From: Eledone cirrhosa
Taxonomy: Eukaryota
DNA length: 64,000 nt
NCBI GenBank assembly: GCA_964016885.1
Contig: OZ024741.1
Span: 169,322,001-169,386,000, forward strand
Direction of reading: 5' to 3'
The position numbers and the translations under genes are program-made. The notes beneath the pieces are model-generated. The model had not been told where the DNA came from. It saw only the letters and a list, made by a program, of their open reading frames with translations, and searched no databases. The stretch's first letter is position 1. Each line of letters starts with the position of its first letter. Of this stretch, positions 1 through 12,984 are shown one piece after another.

Positions 1-1331
1 TATGTATGAGAGACAGAGAATGTTTGTGTATGAATGTGTATGTGAATGTGTTTGTGTGTTGGTGTTGTTTGTATTTCAGTTAGATATTCCATGCAGCAGC
101 ATTGAAAAATGGAAGTGTTTGTGCCACAATAAAATGCACCCAACCCATATTGTAAAGTGGTAATGGAAGTGCCATGATAAAATACACCCATTATCCACTG
201 TGAATTGGTTAGCATTGGAAAGGGCATCTAGCTCTAAAAACAATGCCAAAAGTAAAACATAGGAGGAAGATGCAGTCATCTGACCTGTCTGGTCTCAGAA
301 TATGACAGCTCATCTAACCCATGCAAACATGGAAAATAAACATAAAATGGTGATGATGATGAAACAATATTTGAGTAATATACCAGTATCAGGTTATGTT
401 CAGTTAATATAGCAATTAATGTTGACTGTTATCTGATCAACAAGTTAAGGACATTGAGTTGATTGGATGTAATAACGTATGAAGTTGGATTTGTAAAGTA
501 TGTTGATTAATTGTGGTAAGGAAATAAGAATTCTGAAGCTAAAGGTAAAGTTGTACTTGTTAAATATGAAATGCAAAATATCATTAGCTGTCTGGCGGGC
601 ATGATACCTGGAAAGAGAAAGTGAGGATGCTTCATAGTGAGACCAAATCCCAAAGTGGTCTCAATGTCAATCACGAACAGAACTCAGTGCAATGACAATG
701 ATCAGGAATAAATGGACGAAATATGTTCATGACATTTCCTACTTTACTGTAAGTAGAAGAAATAATGATTTTAAAAATCCCAATATAGTTATTGTTGGTC
801 AATCCTGATCAAGAAAACCTATGGATCCAACATGGTTGAATAGTCTTTTTCTTAAGACCTTTCTCAAACTTTAGTGTCTAGCATAATTTCAAGAAGGTCA
901 CACAACTGCATTGAGGCTCTTTATGTTGACTCACCACATTTTAGTTGAGAGTTGAAGAGATGAAAGAGTGCTTTGCATGGAAACATTGCTGGATGTTACC
1001 ATTCTGTTTAGGTGTGCTTAAGCACAGAGCACCATTGGCATTGGGGCATCATCCTGCCCAAAATATTTTTTATGAGTAAGGGGCCTCATTTGTCCTAAAT
1101 CCAGCACTGCATGGAGATTTCATTTTTGTATTTGTTTTGCCAGATTCTTAACACTTAACATCTTGTAATGATTTAGTAGAAAATATGTTAAAATTGTTTT
1201 GTTAATCCATAGTATCTTTACTTGTTCATAGTATCTTTACTAGTGGATAGATCATTGTGAAAATTTGTAGGAATTGACTAAATGTTTCAAGGGATTCACA
1301 GCCTCACCCTCAGAATAAAAATGATAATAAT

Positions 1332-1510
1332 AATTGTTTCTACTTTTGGCACAAGGCAGCAATTATCCCAGTGCATTACTGGTACTTTATTTTATCAACC
1401 CCGTAAGGATGAAAGGCAAAATTAACCTCAGTGGGATTTGAACTCAGACCGTAAAGGGACATAACTCTATGGCATCCAATTCTCTACCGATACTGTCAAT
1501 TCACCACCAA
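1332..1510 (-). mobile_element. tRNA-derived SINE with Meta/MESC-like central domain
   Basis: Minus strand has B-box GAGTTCAAATCCC, then GCCTTTCATCCTTACGGGGTTGATAAAATAAAGTACCAGT and an (ATT)n tail; more than 10 copies in the window. Confidence 0.8.
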
Positions 1511-1649
1511 TGATGGTAACAATGGTATGTTGTTCCTGCAATTTGCACTAAATCCCAAAATGTCATAACAGTGCTGGTAATATTTTCAATGTCAGATTTT
1601 AATATGAAAATTCCTTAATAAAAAAATTAACTTGAACACAGATATGTGT

Positions 1650-2405
1650 ACATTAGTGTATGTATCTGCATGAGTTAGTGTGTGTGTGTGTGTGTGGTTG
1701 TATATCCGTGTGTATAAATGTATGTCTATGGTTGTGTATGTGTGGAGGGTGTGCGTCTGTGTTTATGGTTGTGTATGTGTTTACCTTTGTAGATATGTGT
1801 ATGATTGTATATAAGTATGATTAGGTGTACGTATATATATCTAAATGTGTGCCTGTGCATGCCTGCATGTGTATGTGTGCTTATCTGTATGTTTGAGTAT
1901 GTGTGTGTGTGTGTAACTGTACATGCAGGATTGTATACGTCTCCAATCATTTTATTAAAGAGCAAAAATGTACTTACAACATTACATTCTAAAATCCATT
2001 AAAGAAAAGAAACATAGTAAAACTACAATATACAAGTACACACACACACATACCCACACATACACACACACATATATACCCACACATACATATACACACA
2101 CACACACATACCCACACATACATATACACGCACATACCCACGCATACATATACACACACACACATACCCACACACACACATACACACACATTCTCACACA
2201 TACATATACACACACACATACCCACACATACATATACACACACATACCCACACATACATATACATACACATAGACACATATATATAGGTACATATATATG
2301 TAGGTAAAAAGATAGATAGATGATAGACAGGTAGATATATACTAGGTAGATAAATAGACACAGTCTCTCTCTCACACACACACACACAAACACACACAAG
2401 TACAC
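1650..2405. repeat. Compound (TG)n/(CA)n/(TA)n/(GATA)n microsatellite region
   Basis: Directly visible; explains the low-complexity ORFs here. Confidence 0.95.
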
Positions 2406-2894
2406 TTCCAGTTTTCCCTTTAGAGTTTTTATGTCAAATATATTTCTCTAGCCTTTTAAGTTGTGAAGCTCAATTTTTAACCATTTAAAAGTCACAATCT
2501 AATTTTTCCTTTTAACTCATCCAAACTCTCTATTTATGTACAACTTGCTGCATCATTATTTTCATTGTTGCTGCATCATTGTTTTCTGTTGTTTCCAAAT
2601 GTTATTGACAATGAATCTAGTTCCAAATATCTTAAAAGCTGCTAAACAATATTATTCTCACTTTTTGCTGCAAAATCCTAATTATAACTGTTTTAAAGAG
2701 CATTTTTCCACCAGTTTTAATAGTTGCAAAACAATTTCAAAGTTTTCTAAAGTATATTTGATGTAATCTAGAATACTATTTATATGTTTGGAATGTATTG
2801 CAGTCTGCAACTCTATCTATGTCCTTTTTTAGGGGGGGGGGGGTATTAGATATGCTTGTAAGTTTATATATACATATATATATACATATATGCA

Positions 2895-3205
2895 TGGAGG
2901 CACATGGCTTAGTGGTTAAAGCATTGGTCTTGCAATCGAAAGGTTGTGAGTTCAATTCTCAGACCGGGTGATGTGTTGTTTCATTGAGCAAGACACTTTA
3001 TTTCACATTACTCCAGTTTACTCAGCTGTAGAAATGCAAAGTGGTCGTGGATGTGCCATGGCAAAAAAGTACCCAGTCCACACTGTAAATGAGGTTGGTG
3101 TTAGGAAGGGCATCCAGCTGTAGAAATCAAGCCAGAATCAGTTCCCGTCCCACCCTTGCAAGCAGGGAAAAGCGGACGTAAAATGATGATGATGATGATG
3201 ATGAT
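2895..3205 (+). mobile_element. tRNA-derived CORE-like SINE with RTE-type 3' tail
   Basis: A-box TGGCTTAGTGG, B-box GAGTTCAATTC, CORE-like TTGAGCAAGACACTT, tail GGTTGGTGTTAGGAAGGGCATCCAGC...(GAT)n shared with the RTE LINEs. Confidence 0.8.
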
Positions 3206-3287
3206 ATATATACATATACATATATATATATAAAATTGAAAAAGTGGAGAATAACATGGTCAACAGTACAAAAAAGGGGATTTATTT

Positions 3288-3386
3288 ACAGTCTAACAAT
3301 TTTTTCTCTGATAAAGTTGTCTAAAAATTGTCTAAAAATTGCAATTTCAAATACGATGCTAGCTCGATCAGATCTTCAGAAACTGT
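3288..3386 (-). ncRNA. Type I hammerhead ribozyme motif (Penelope-like pLTR relic), one stem III substitution
   Basis: acagttt-CTGAAGA-tctgat...atcaga-GAAA-aAATTG-TT-agactgt, then AATAAA; stems I and II pair; homologous inverted copy at 4213-4325. Confidence 0.7.
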
Positions 3387-3496
3387 TGTCTACGTAAACC
3401 TCTTGTTGAGTCAAATAACGCCGTATGCTAAAACTATCCATAATAAGAAGTATTCACAACCTCTAACTGGATTACCTATAACGATATTTTGTTATC

Positions 3497-3566
<70 letters not shown>

Positions 3567-3912
3567 ATATATATATATATATGTGTGTATATATATATAT
3601 ATTATTCATTGAAGTTTGGTGGTTCACTACTGGATAGAGCTGGCCATTGCATATAGTTAATCATGATGTAATAGTAATAAAAGCACTCAACGTTATGTAA
3701 CTCATCCATCTTTGATGTTGAATCCTGTGGAGTTTCCTTATACCCTCTAGGACTGTGTTACCCATTATTCTTTTATTATATAACTATTATGCAATATATA
3801 CCTGATGATGACGCCAGGATTCTACATAACCTTGCCACTCAAATGTACATAGTGTTTGCAGAAATAAAACTTTGAAGGAATTTCACCAGTCCGGCCTCCT
3901 GTCATTTTACTC

Positions 3913-3993
<81 letters not shown>

Positions 3994-4212
3994 TGTGTGT
4001 ATACGCATAAACAGTGTGACGTAACTTTGCACTACCAGCAATTTCAAGATGAAAACACATCTAAATCATCTTGAAATAGCTGGTACTGCAGAGGTCAGTC
4101 AAAACTGTTAATATAAATATTCAGCTTCAACATTATATATATATATATCAAGAATGCCTTGCTAAGGTGGTTTAATGTGGTATAGGGCAAAATCAGATCA
4201 TCGGAGAAACTG

Positions 4213-4325
4213 AGTTTCTCCGATGATCTGGTTAAGCTAACAACGTATTTAAAGTTGAGTGGCACAGCTTCAAATGTTCAGCAATTTTTAGACAACTTAA
4301 TCAGTGAAACAATTGTTAAGACTGT
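4213..4325 (+). ncRNA. Type I hammerhead ribozyme motif, degenerate core (CCGATGA)
   Basis: CCGATGA-t-ctggttaag...cttaatcag-t-GAAA-CAATTG-TT-aagactg, then AATAAA; hairpin at 4194-4230 overlaps its 5' end. Confidence 0.6.
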
Positions 4326-4386
4326 AAATAAAACCCTTTTTTGAACTGTTGACCATGTTATTCTTCACTCTTTCAATATATATATG

Positions 4387-4480
<94 letters not shown>

Positions 4481-4786
4481 ACAATACAACAGGAGGAAAC
4501 ATAATAGCACCACAGACGATGTTGCAGATGTGCAACAAAAGAACTTTGTTAGACTATATATGTGTTTGTGTCTATCTGTATTTTTGACCGTTGGTCAGTC
4601 AATGGTAAACATTGAGGACCGAATAAATTAACTGATATAAAAGATACAGAAGCGAAAACCAACCAAACAGTGAATGTGTTCTGTTATTAATTCTGGCAAT
4701 ATTATTACAACAATATGACCCTCCCTAAGTATAACAATATTTATTTCGACACACGATTTCATATCAAAAACCTATATATATATATA

Positions 4787-5548
4787 AATATAAATTCAGC
4801 GAGAATCGCATTTCGGCGGGTAGAAAGAGCGAAACATAACGCAAATTCAGAGTCATGCTGGCAAGCGCTCCATAGTTTAAAAACCAGAGCTATAAACATG
4901 TTATAAACACCATACAAACTTAGAAGGCGGTCAAAAAGGCATTAACCACCTAAGCCAAAAAACAAGTCAAGCTAAACAGGTCAGACAAAATAAATGATAA
5001 AATCATACATATATATATATACACATACACATATATATATAACACACCTGGACCCATTGGAATTGATGGTAAAATCCAAATACAGGGTTTCTATGACACC
5101 TAAATCAATAATACTGTCTGCTTAAAACCATAAGCTTTTGGTATAATAATCGAACAAGGAATATCACGTTATCAACAGGTATTTTGTTCTGCGCCAGTGC
5201 TGTGAATGATGTAGTGTTTTGTAAAAGCACATGAGTAAGTCACAAGGGGTAAAACCCCAGATTTTGGCAAATGAATTCAGTATGTGTAAATCATGCAAAA
5301 AATTGCATAAATAGCTCAAATCGAATAAGCACTCAACCGGGTAGTTTTTAAAATAAACTTATGCAATTAATCTGTCAATAGAATTATTAACAGGTTAATT
5401 GTAAGACTCGGGAGATTAATACAAATATAAATTCAGCGAGAATCGCATTTCGGCGGGTAGAAAAAGCGAAACGTAACGCAAATTCAGAGTCATGTTGGCA
5501 AGCGCTCCATAGTTTAAAAAACCAGAGCTATAAACATATGTTATAAAC

Positions 5549-5552
<4 letters not shown>
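4787..5552. repeat. ~125-bp direct repeat pair (4787-4912 and 5423-5552) within (TA)n
   Basis: AAATATAAATTCAGCGAGAATCGCATTTCGGCGGGTAG... occurs twice, nearly identical. Confidence 0.85.
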
Positions 5553-5592
<40 letters not shown>

Positions 5593-5679
5593 AAATTAAG
5601 ATAATCAAAATTATGGGTGTCATGCCAGAAAGATATGCGCCATATCACCCGCGAAATAAGCTCTAAGATTGTATATATA

Positions 5680-6100
5680 TCAAGTAAGAATATTTTCGAA
5701 ACAGCGAGTGGGTTTGAAATTATTAGAAATGTAAGCTATCGCCGTATTTTGACTAAAGAAATTATTTAGCCTGATAGTCTTTAATTTCTTTAGTCAAAAT
5801 ACGGCGATAGCTTACATTTCTAATAATTTCAAACCCACTCGCTGTTTCGAAAATATTCTTACTTGACATTACAGTCGCTAAGTTTATAGCTTCTAATTTG
5901 AATGGAAAACGATGGGTGATGTGTTGGTGTAAATGGTAGCACAGTGGTCCGGATAATCAAAGATGTGGGTTCAACTCCCATGTACGTCGATACTCATCTT
6001 TTTCCATTTCTCCGAGGGTTCTTAACCCCACTATCAGGCTAAATAATTTATTTAATTTCTTTAGTCAAAATACGGCGATAGCTTACATTTCTAATAATTT
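5680..6100. mobile_element. (TA)n-embedded element: 85-bp-arm palindrome plus ~271-nt unit with terminal direct repeat
   Basis: Inverted arms 5680-5764 and 5782-5866; sequence at 5781 recurs at 6052-6100; related copy at 30816-31053. Confidence 0.75.
5918..5989 (+). tRNA. tRNA-like cloverleaf (pseudo-tRNA or Pol III head) inside a repeat unit
   Basis: Acceptor GATGTGT/GTACGTC, D arm GTGT..GCAC, loop CCGGATA, T arm GTGGG-TTCAACT-CCCAT, followed by TTTTT; lacks U33 and has several G-U pairs. Confidence 0.55.
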
Positions 6101-6237
6101 ATATATATATATATATATATATTCTAATACTATGATTGCATTTCATTAAATATTAAATTTATTTTATTGCAAATTTTCACAATGAAATGTACACTAAAGG
6201 TATTGTTAACATTTTAATTAACAGTCATATATCTGAA

Positions 6238-7793
6238 AGGCTTGTGAGAGCTATACAAGCCATGTATAAAGAAACAGTCAGCAAGGTTAGAATTAACAAC
6301 GAATATAGTGAAGAATTTTGGCGTAAAAGTTGGTGTTCATCAAGGCTCTGTCCTTAGCCCCCTCCTATTTATTATTGCCCTTCAGGCTATAACAGAGGAG
6401 TTCAAGAACGGCTGCCCATGGAAACTTCTATACGTAGATGATCTAACTCTCATAACTGAATCGATGGCTGAACTAGAGACAAATTCCAAACATGGAAGCA
6501 TGGCCTAGAATTAAAAGGCCTTAAAGTTAACTTGTCTAAGACTAAAGTTCTAGTATGTAGAAAGGAAAATAGGGCACAGGTCCCCTCTGAGAAATGGCCA
6601 TGCTCAGTGTGTAAGAAAGGAGTAGGCAGAAGTTCCATTGTATGTCCCAAATGCAAACTATGGGTACATAAAAGATGTAGTGGGATTACAGGTAAGCTAT
6701 CTAAGAACATAGATTTTATATGTAGCCGATGCTCAGGTGCAATAAGTAGCAAGTGCCCACAGGATACTAGCTCCTTCTATTGCCCAGATGGTTCTATAGA
6801 AATAGTGGACACCTTCCGTTACCTGGATGACAAAATCAGCAGTGGTGGAGGGTGCTCTGAAAGTACAGTAGCTAGAGTCAGAACGGGATGGAAAAAGTTG
6901 AGAGAGCTTATACCACTATTGCCCACTAAAGGTTTCTCTCTAAAAATGAAAGGCAGATTGAATGATGCCTGCATACGAACAGCAATGTTACATGGCAGTG
7001 AGACATGGACATTGTGTGCAGAGGATCTGCGCAGACTGGAGAGGAACAAAGCATGCATGCTCCATTGGATGTGTGATAGTAATATACGCGAACGGCAAAG
7101 CATAAATGAACTAGGTGAGAAATTAGGAATAAGAGGGATCAGATTCTGTTTACTTGAGAGAAGACTACATTGGTATGGTCACGTGATGCGCATGAAAGAC
7201 GACAGCTGTATAAAAAAGTGCAGGGCGATCAAAATTGATGGAAGTTATGGAGTAGGTAGACCCAAAAAAACCAGGGACAATTTGATAAATTCCGATCTTA
7301 CATACTTACACCTCTCTAAGACAATGTCACTGGACCGACATCTTTGGTGCTACGCAGTAATACAGATAACCTGCCTTGCCTATGTACAAAGCGAAACCTA
7401 CAGTCAGTAGGCACCTCTTAACCAAATATACACCCCCATCCCACTACCCCTACTCCACCCCCACTGCCACCAACACCACCCTTTCGATGTAAAGCTATGT
7501 TGGTACCACAACATTCAGTCCAAAATAAATGAGGTCGTGTAGGTGTCACAACAAAAAAACACACAGTCCACGCTGTAATGTGGCCATGTAGGTAACAAGT
7601 TAAAAACCTCCCAGTCCACACTGTAAACGTGGTTGGTGTTAGGAAGGGCATCCAGCCATAGAAAACCTGCCAGACAGTCCTATATGAGCGAGATATGGTC
7701 ACCCAACCAATCTTGCCTCAAGTGGGACAATTCCTGTTTAAACCCATGCTAGCATGGAAGATAGACATTAAATAATGATGATGATGATGATGA
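6238..7793 (+). mobile_element. 5'-truncated RTE-clade LINE (RT C-half with PHD-type finger, 3'UTR, (GAT)n)
   Basis: [34 protein letters not shown]; frameshifted. Confidence 0.92.
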
Positions 7794-8034
7794 TATTTAG
7801 ATATTTTCTGATCAATGATTAAATGTTATAAGTATTCCAAAATGACATTGATTATATATTCAAATGTGGACAAACTTAAGAACAAATTCTGTTGGCCACA
7901 AAATTAGTATTAGATATCTAATTTCTTTTAATATACATGGGTGACCCCAAAAACACTCCTTGATTTCAAATACTTGTAATATGAAAACTTAAATGAATAA
8001 TCTTACAATATTGGTGGCTATAGTTGCATAAGTG

Positions 8035-8305
8035 GAGGCATGTAGCCTAGTAGTAAGGGTGTTGGACTTACAATTATAATGTTGTGGGTTTGATTCCTGG
8101 GTTGTGTGTTGTGTTCTTGAGCAAAACACTTCATTTCATGTTGCTTCAGTATACTCAGCTGAAAATAAGTACCAGCAATAGCTGGGGGTTTAACCCTGCA
8201 ACGGACTGGTGTCCTGTCCAGGGAAGAGTCTTGTACTCTCAGTGGCTTCACGCCATGAAACCGGGATAAGCACTGGCTAAATGAACCTTGTGACTTAAGA
8301 CAGAC
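8035..8305 (+). mobile_element. CORE-like tRNA SINE
   Basis: tRNA head plus TTCTTGAGCAAAACACTTCATTTCA. Confidence 0.7.
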
Positions 8306-8886
8306 TTTAGATTTTTTAGACAGCTGCATAAACAAAGTTTCATGTGGTATTGGTTGATATCATAGACACACGATGTGTACCCTTTTTGTTGCTCAGCAAA
8401 CATCAATGCTATAATCAAGCTCGGAGTGTTTTTGTGGTCACCTTGTATAATACACTCAAAATCATGAAATGTTGTCTATTAGATGAGGTTTCAATTGATA
8501 CACAATCAATTTTCACAACAAGTAAAATCTATAAATTGTGAAATATCAAATCATAATACTTCAATAAGCACACAGAAATAATAGCTTCATGGTCTCACAT
8601 GTGCCAATCATGAAGATATGTAATGCAGGGCATCACTAAAAACCTTATATATAAAAGCATACTTATATACATATATAATATATACATCGCATACAACTTA
8701 ACAGGAGCACACAAAATCACTCACCTATGCATATACAAGTGCATGCACATCTTAGCATTCATATAAAGATGCTGTCAACACAAACACAGGTATGCCTATA
8801 ACAAGCACTTTAACTGGATCTACAAACATATACAAACACACATTTCAATTGACTCATAGATTATATAAACATACACATTGAAATAT

Positions 8887-9076
8887 AATTGTCTCTACTT
8901 TAGGCACAAGGCCAGCAATTACCCAGTGCATTACTGGTACTTTATTTTATCGACCCCGTAAGGATGAAAGGCAAAGTCAACCTCGGCGGGATTTGAACTC
9001 AGATCGTAAAGGGACGTAACTATGCTGGAAAGCATGGCGTCCGACCCTCTACTGATACTGCAAATCCACCGCCCTT
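8887..9076 (-). mobile_element. Meta-type tRNA SINE with TSD
   Basis: Same family as 1332-1510; flanked by a TTGAAATATAAT duplication. Confidence 0.85.
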
Positions 9077-9648
9077 GAAATATAATGACAAACAGACTGA
9101 AACAGAAACAATACAAAACAAGGCAGTGAGAATGCATGCTTCGCTATTCAAACTTCAATCACAATAGAAAAACTAATTTGGTTACTATTCTTAGTTCAAG
9201 AAGAACTATATGAAGAAGGAACATGGAACATTAACTCAACAACCATGAAATAGGGAAATTAATAATTGTATTGAAAAGATGTAATATCTCGCTAATAAAT
9301 AATGATATATCATACACTACATTTTGACATTAAATTCACTTTCGTCTAATATTGCATGTATTCCAGTCTACATATGTGTGTGTCAGTGTGTGTATGTGTG
9401 TATGTGTGTCAGTGTGTGTATGTGTGTCAGTGTGTGTATGTGTATGTGTGGAAGGGGGGGAGCTCTCAAAGTCAAGATTTCTTCCTAACCCTACAAGGAT
9501 CTTCCAAATATGATTATGTCACTGCATAGCTTTCCAACATTTGCTCCAAAGAATAGAATCTTAGTCCTGTTAGCGTCTCTGTGATGATGATTAGGATTAT
9601 GATTGACAATACATTCATACATACATACATGTATATACATACATGTAT

Positions 9649-9815
<167 letters not shown>

Positions 9816-10245
9816 TACATATATACACATATATGCACACACACATATATATATATACACATATATATATATATATTTATTTATTTATATATATATATAT
9901 ACATATTTATATATTCCTTCCATATACTGTATCTTTTGTGTTGTTATTTCTGTTTTCCTTTTACATAAATATACATATATATATATACATACATACACAT
10001 ATGCATACATAGATATATAATCATGAAATACAAATCAACAGGTTATATTTCACTTTGTTTATTCATAATTGCCTCATCAGACAGCTAGAAGTTGAATAGA
10101 AAAACATAAAGGAGAAATAAAGGTTACTTTTGTTGTTTTGATTCGTTGATATGCCTTTGGCAGATATTTGGAATTGCTTTCTCAAAGCACCGGTGACATA
10201 TCCATATAAATATATATAAATATATATATATATTTACATATGTAC

Positions 10246-10315
<70 letters not shown>

Positions 10316-10551
10316 CACACACATATATACATAAATATATGTATATACACATATGAACATATATTTATATACATATGTATATACATATGTACATAAATAT
10401 ATATATGTATATATACATATATATTTATGTATGTATGTATATATATATATGTGTATGTGTGTGTGTGTCTGTGTATCTATAGACATATATATGTGTGCGT
10501 ATGCATTTGTATATACTTAGATGAACCATTGCTTCATATACACATATATAC

Positions 10552-10606
<55 letters not shown>

Positions 10607-10607
10607 A

Positions 10608-10640
<33 letters not shown>

Positions 10641-10641
10641 A

Positions 10642-10674
<33 letters not shown>

Positions 10675-10962
10675 AATAAATATATATATATATATATACA
10701 CACACATAAATATATATATATATATATATACATAAATATATATGTATGTGTGTGCGTGTGTGTCTAAGCGTGTGTGTATCTGTATATATCTGTACACATA
10801 TATATATGTGTGTGTGTGTATTTGTAGATACTTAGATCAACCATTGCTTCTTTCTGTAATCAGCTTCAGGCTGACGAAGAAGTTGATACTATCTCTATTC
10901 TTTAACCTGTTTGTTCAAGTCTATTATTCTGGACAGTTAATCAGGCAATATCTATCTACCTA

Positions 10963-11043
<81 letters not shown>

Positions 11044-11153
11044 GTGTGTGTGTGTGTGTCTATGTGTGTGCGTGTGAGTGTCTGAATGTGTGTGCGTATA
11101 TATATATCCATATGTGCATAATATAGTATGTATATATATATATATATATGTGC

Positions 11154-11191
<38 letters not shown>

Positions 11192-11259
11192 AATGATGTA
11201 ATTCCGTCGGAAAAGTCCAGGAAAAAAGAGTGCTCTATGTAGGTAACAGAGCTTAATTA

Positions 11260-11473
<214 letters not shown>

Positions 11474-11569
11474 CATGTATAATGCATATATATATATATT
11501 TATTTGTATAATATATATATACATACATATGTATATACATATATATACATACGTATATATATACATATA

Positions 11570-11641
<72 letters not shown>

Positions 11642-11705
11642 ATACTTTGGGAGGGTCATAAAGAATCTTGCTAAACAAATTCAGAAACGAAATATATATA
11701 TATAC

Positions 11706-11745
<40 letters not shown>

Positions 11746-11840
11746 TCGTCTAACCCATGGTAGCATGGAAAAATGGACATTAAACGGTGATGATGATGAT
11801 GATGTAATCATCATCATCATCATCATTTTATGTCCGCTTT

Positions 11841-11888
<48 letters not shown>

Positions 11889-12149
11889 GTAACATTTTAT
11901 ATTTTAATGTCTGTCAATGCATATTTCACACATGTGAAGATATAGTTGTATACATATGTGCATGTGTCTGTGTATATATACATAGATATTATAATATTCT
12001 GTATTTCAATATATTTCAATACATATCCACTCACTGTTGTAACTCCATATGATGTAAATAAAATTTTGAAAGCCTCCACCTTACTGTTAGTGGTGTTGTT
12101 TATTGAAGCTTTTTATAAAAATATAGATATGTTAATATATGTTTATATA

Positions 12150-12702
12150 TCATCATCATCATCATCATCAACGTTTAACGTCCGTGTTCCACGCTTGCAT
12201 GGGTTTGGACGGGGGTAGTCCCACTTGAGGCAAGAGTGATTGTCTTGCTCGCATAGGACTGTCTGGCAGGTTTTCTACAGTTGGATGCCCTTCCTAACAC
12301 CAACCACATTTACAGTGTGGGGCTGGGAGGTTTTTACCGTGTTGCCTACACGGCCACATTACAGCGTGGACTGTGTGTTTTTTGTCGTGACACCTACACA
12401 ATCTCATTTGTTGCGGCCTGGATGGTGTGGCACCAACATAACTTTACATAGAACGGGGTGGTGTGGATGGGGTGGGGGGGGGTATTTTGTTAGAGATGCG
12501 TACTGGCTGTAGTAGGTTTTACTATGTATTTAGGTAAGGCGGGTCTTCTCTGTTACTGAGTACCGCCAAAAGTCTCGGTCCAGTGACATTGTCTTGGAGA
12601 GGTGTAAGTGTGTGAGGTCGGAGTTTATCAGCTCGTTCCAGGTTTTTCTAGGTCTGCCTATTCCGTGGCTACCGTCTATCTTTATTGCCCTGCACTTTGT
12701 TA
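12150..12702 (-). mobile_element. RTE LINE 3' fragment
   Basis: GRPRKTWNELINSDL, 3'UTR and (GAT)n; near-identical to the 23889 copy. Confidence 0.9.
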
Positions 12703-12708
12703 TACATA

Positions 12709-12741
<33 letters not shown>

Positions 12742-12865
12742 GTCTTATGTTAGCTAGGATGCGTCCATAGGCGGTATGCCAGTTGAGCACTCTATGCTCC
12801 TACGGAGCAGAGTATGATAGAATGGAAAACAAAGAATCAGTGAAGCATTGGAACTCAATTTATTA

Positions 12866-12957
12866 CGTATTACAATTGTTTCCCCCGGCGAACAGCTCGA
12901 GGTGCGATCTGTGCGTGGATCGAACCTGACTCTGGATTCACAGGTTCCTCAGACACG
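12866..12957 (-). ncRNA. Type I hammerhead ribozyme motif, intact-looking core
   Basis: cgtgt-CTGAGGA-acctg...ccgggg-GAAA-CAATTG-TA-atacg, then AATAAA; cleavage triplet GUA. Confidence 0.75.
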
Positions 12958-12984
12958 TCTATTGATTTCGGGGCAGATCCTCTT

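Noticed and set aside
2895-2970. Functional tRNA genes at SINE heads
   Set aside because: They run directly into SINE bodies and lack proper acceptor stems
3795-3880. CTGATGA as a hammerhead core
   Set aside because: No convincing stems or GAAA..NUH at a suitable position
10040-10090. Minus-strand CTGATGAG...GAAA
   Set aside because: Stems I and III do not pair; at most a heavily decayed relic
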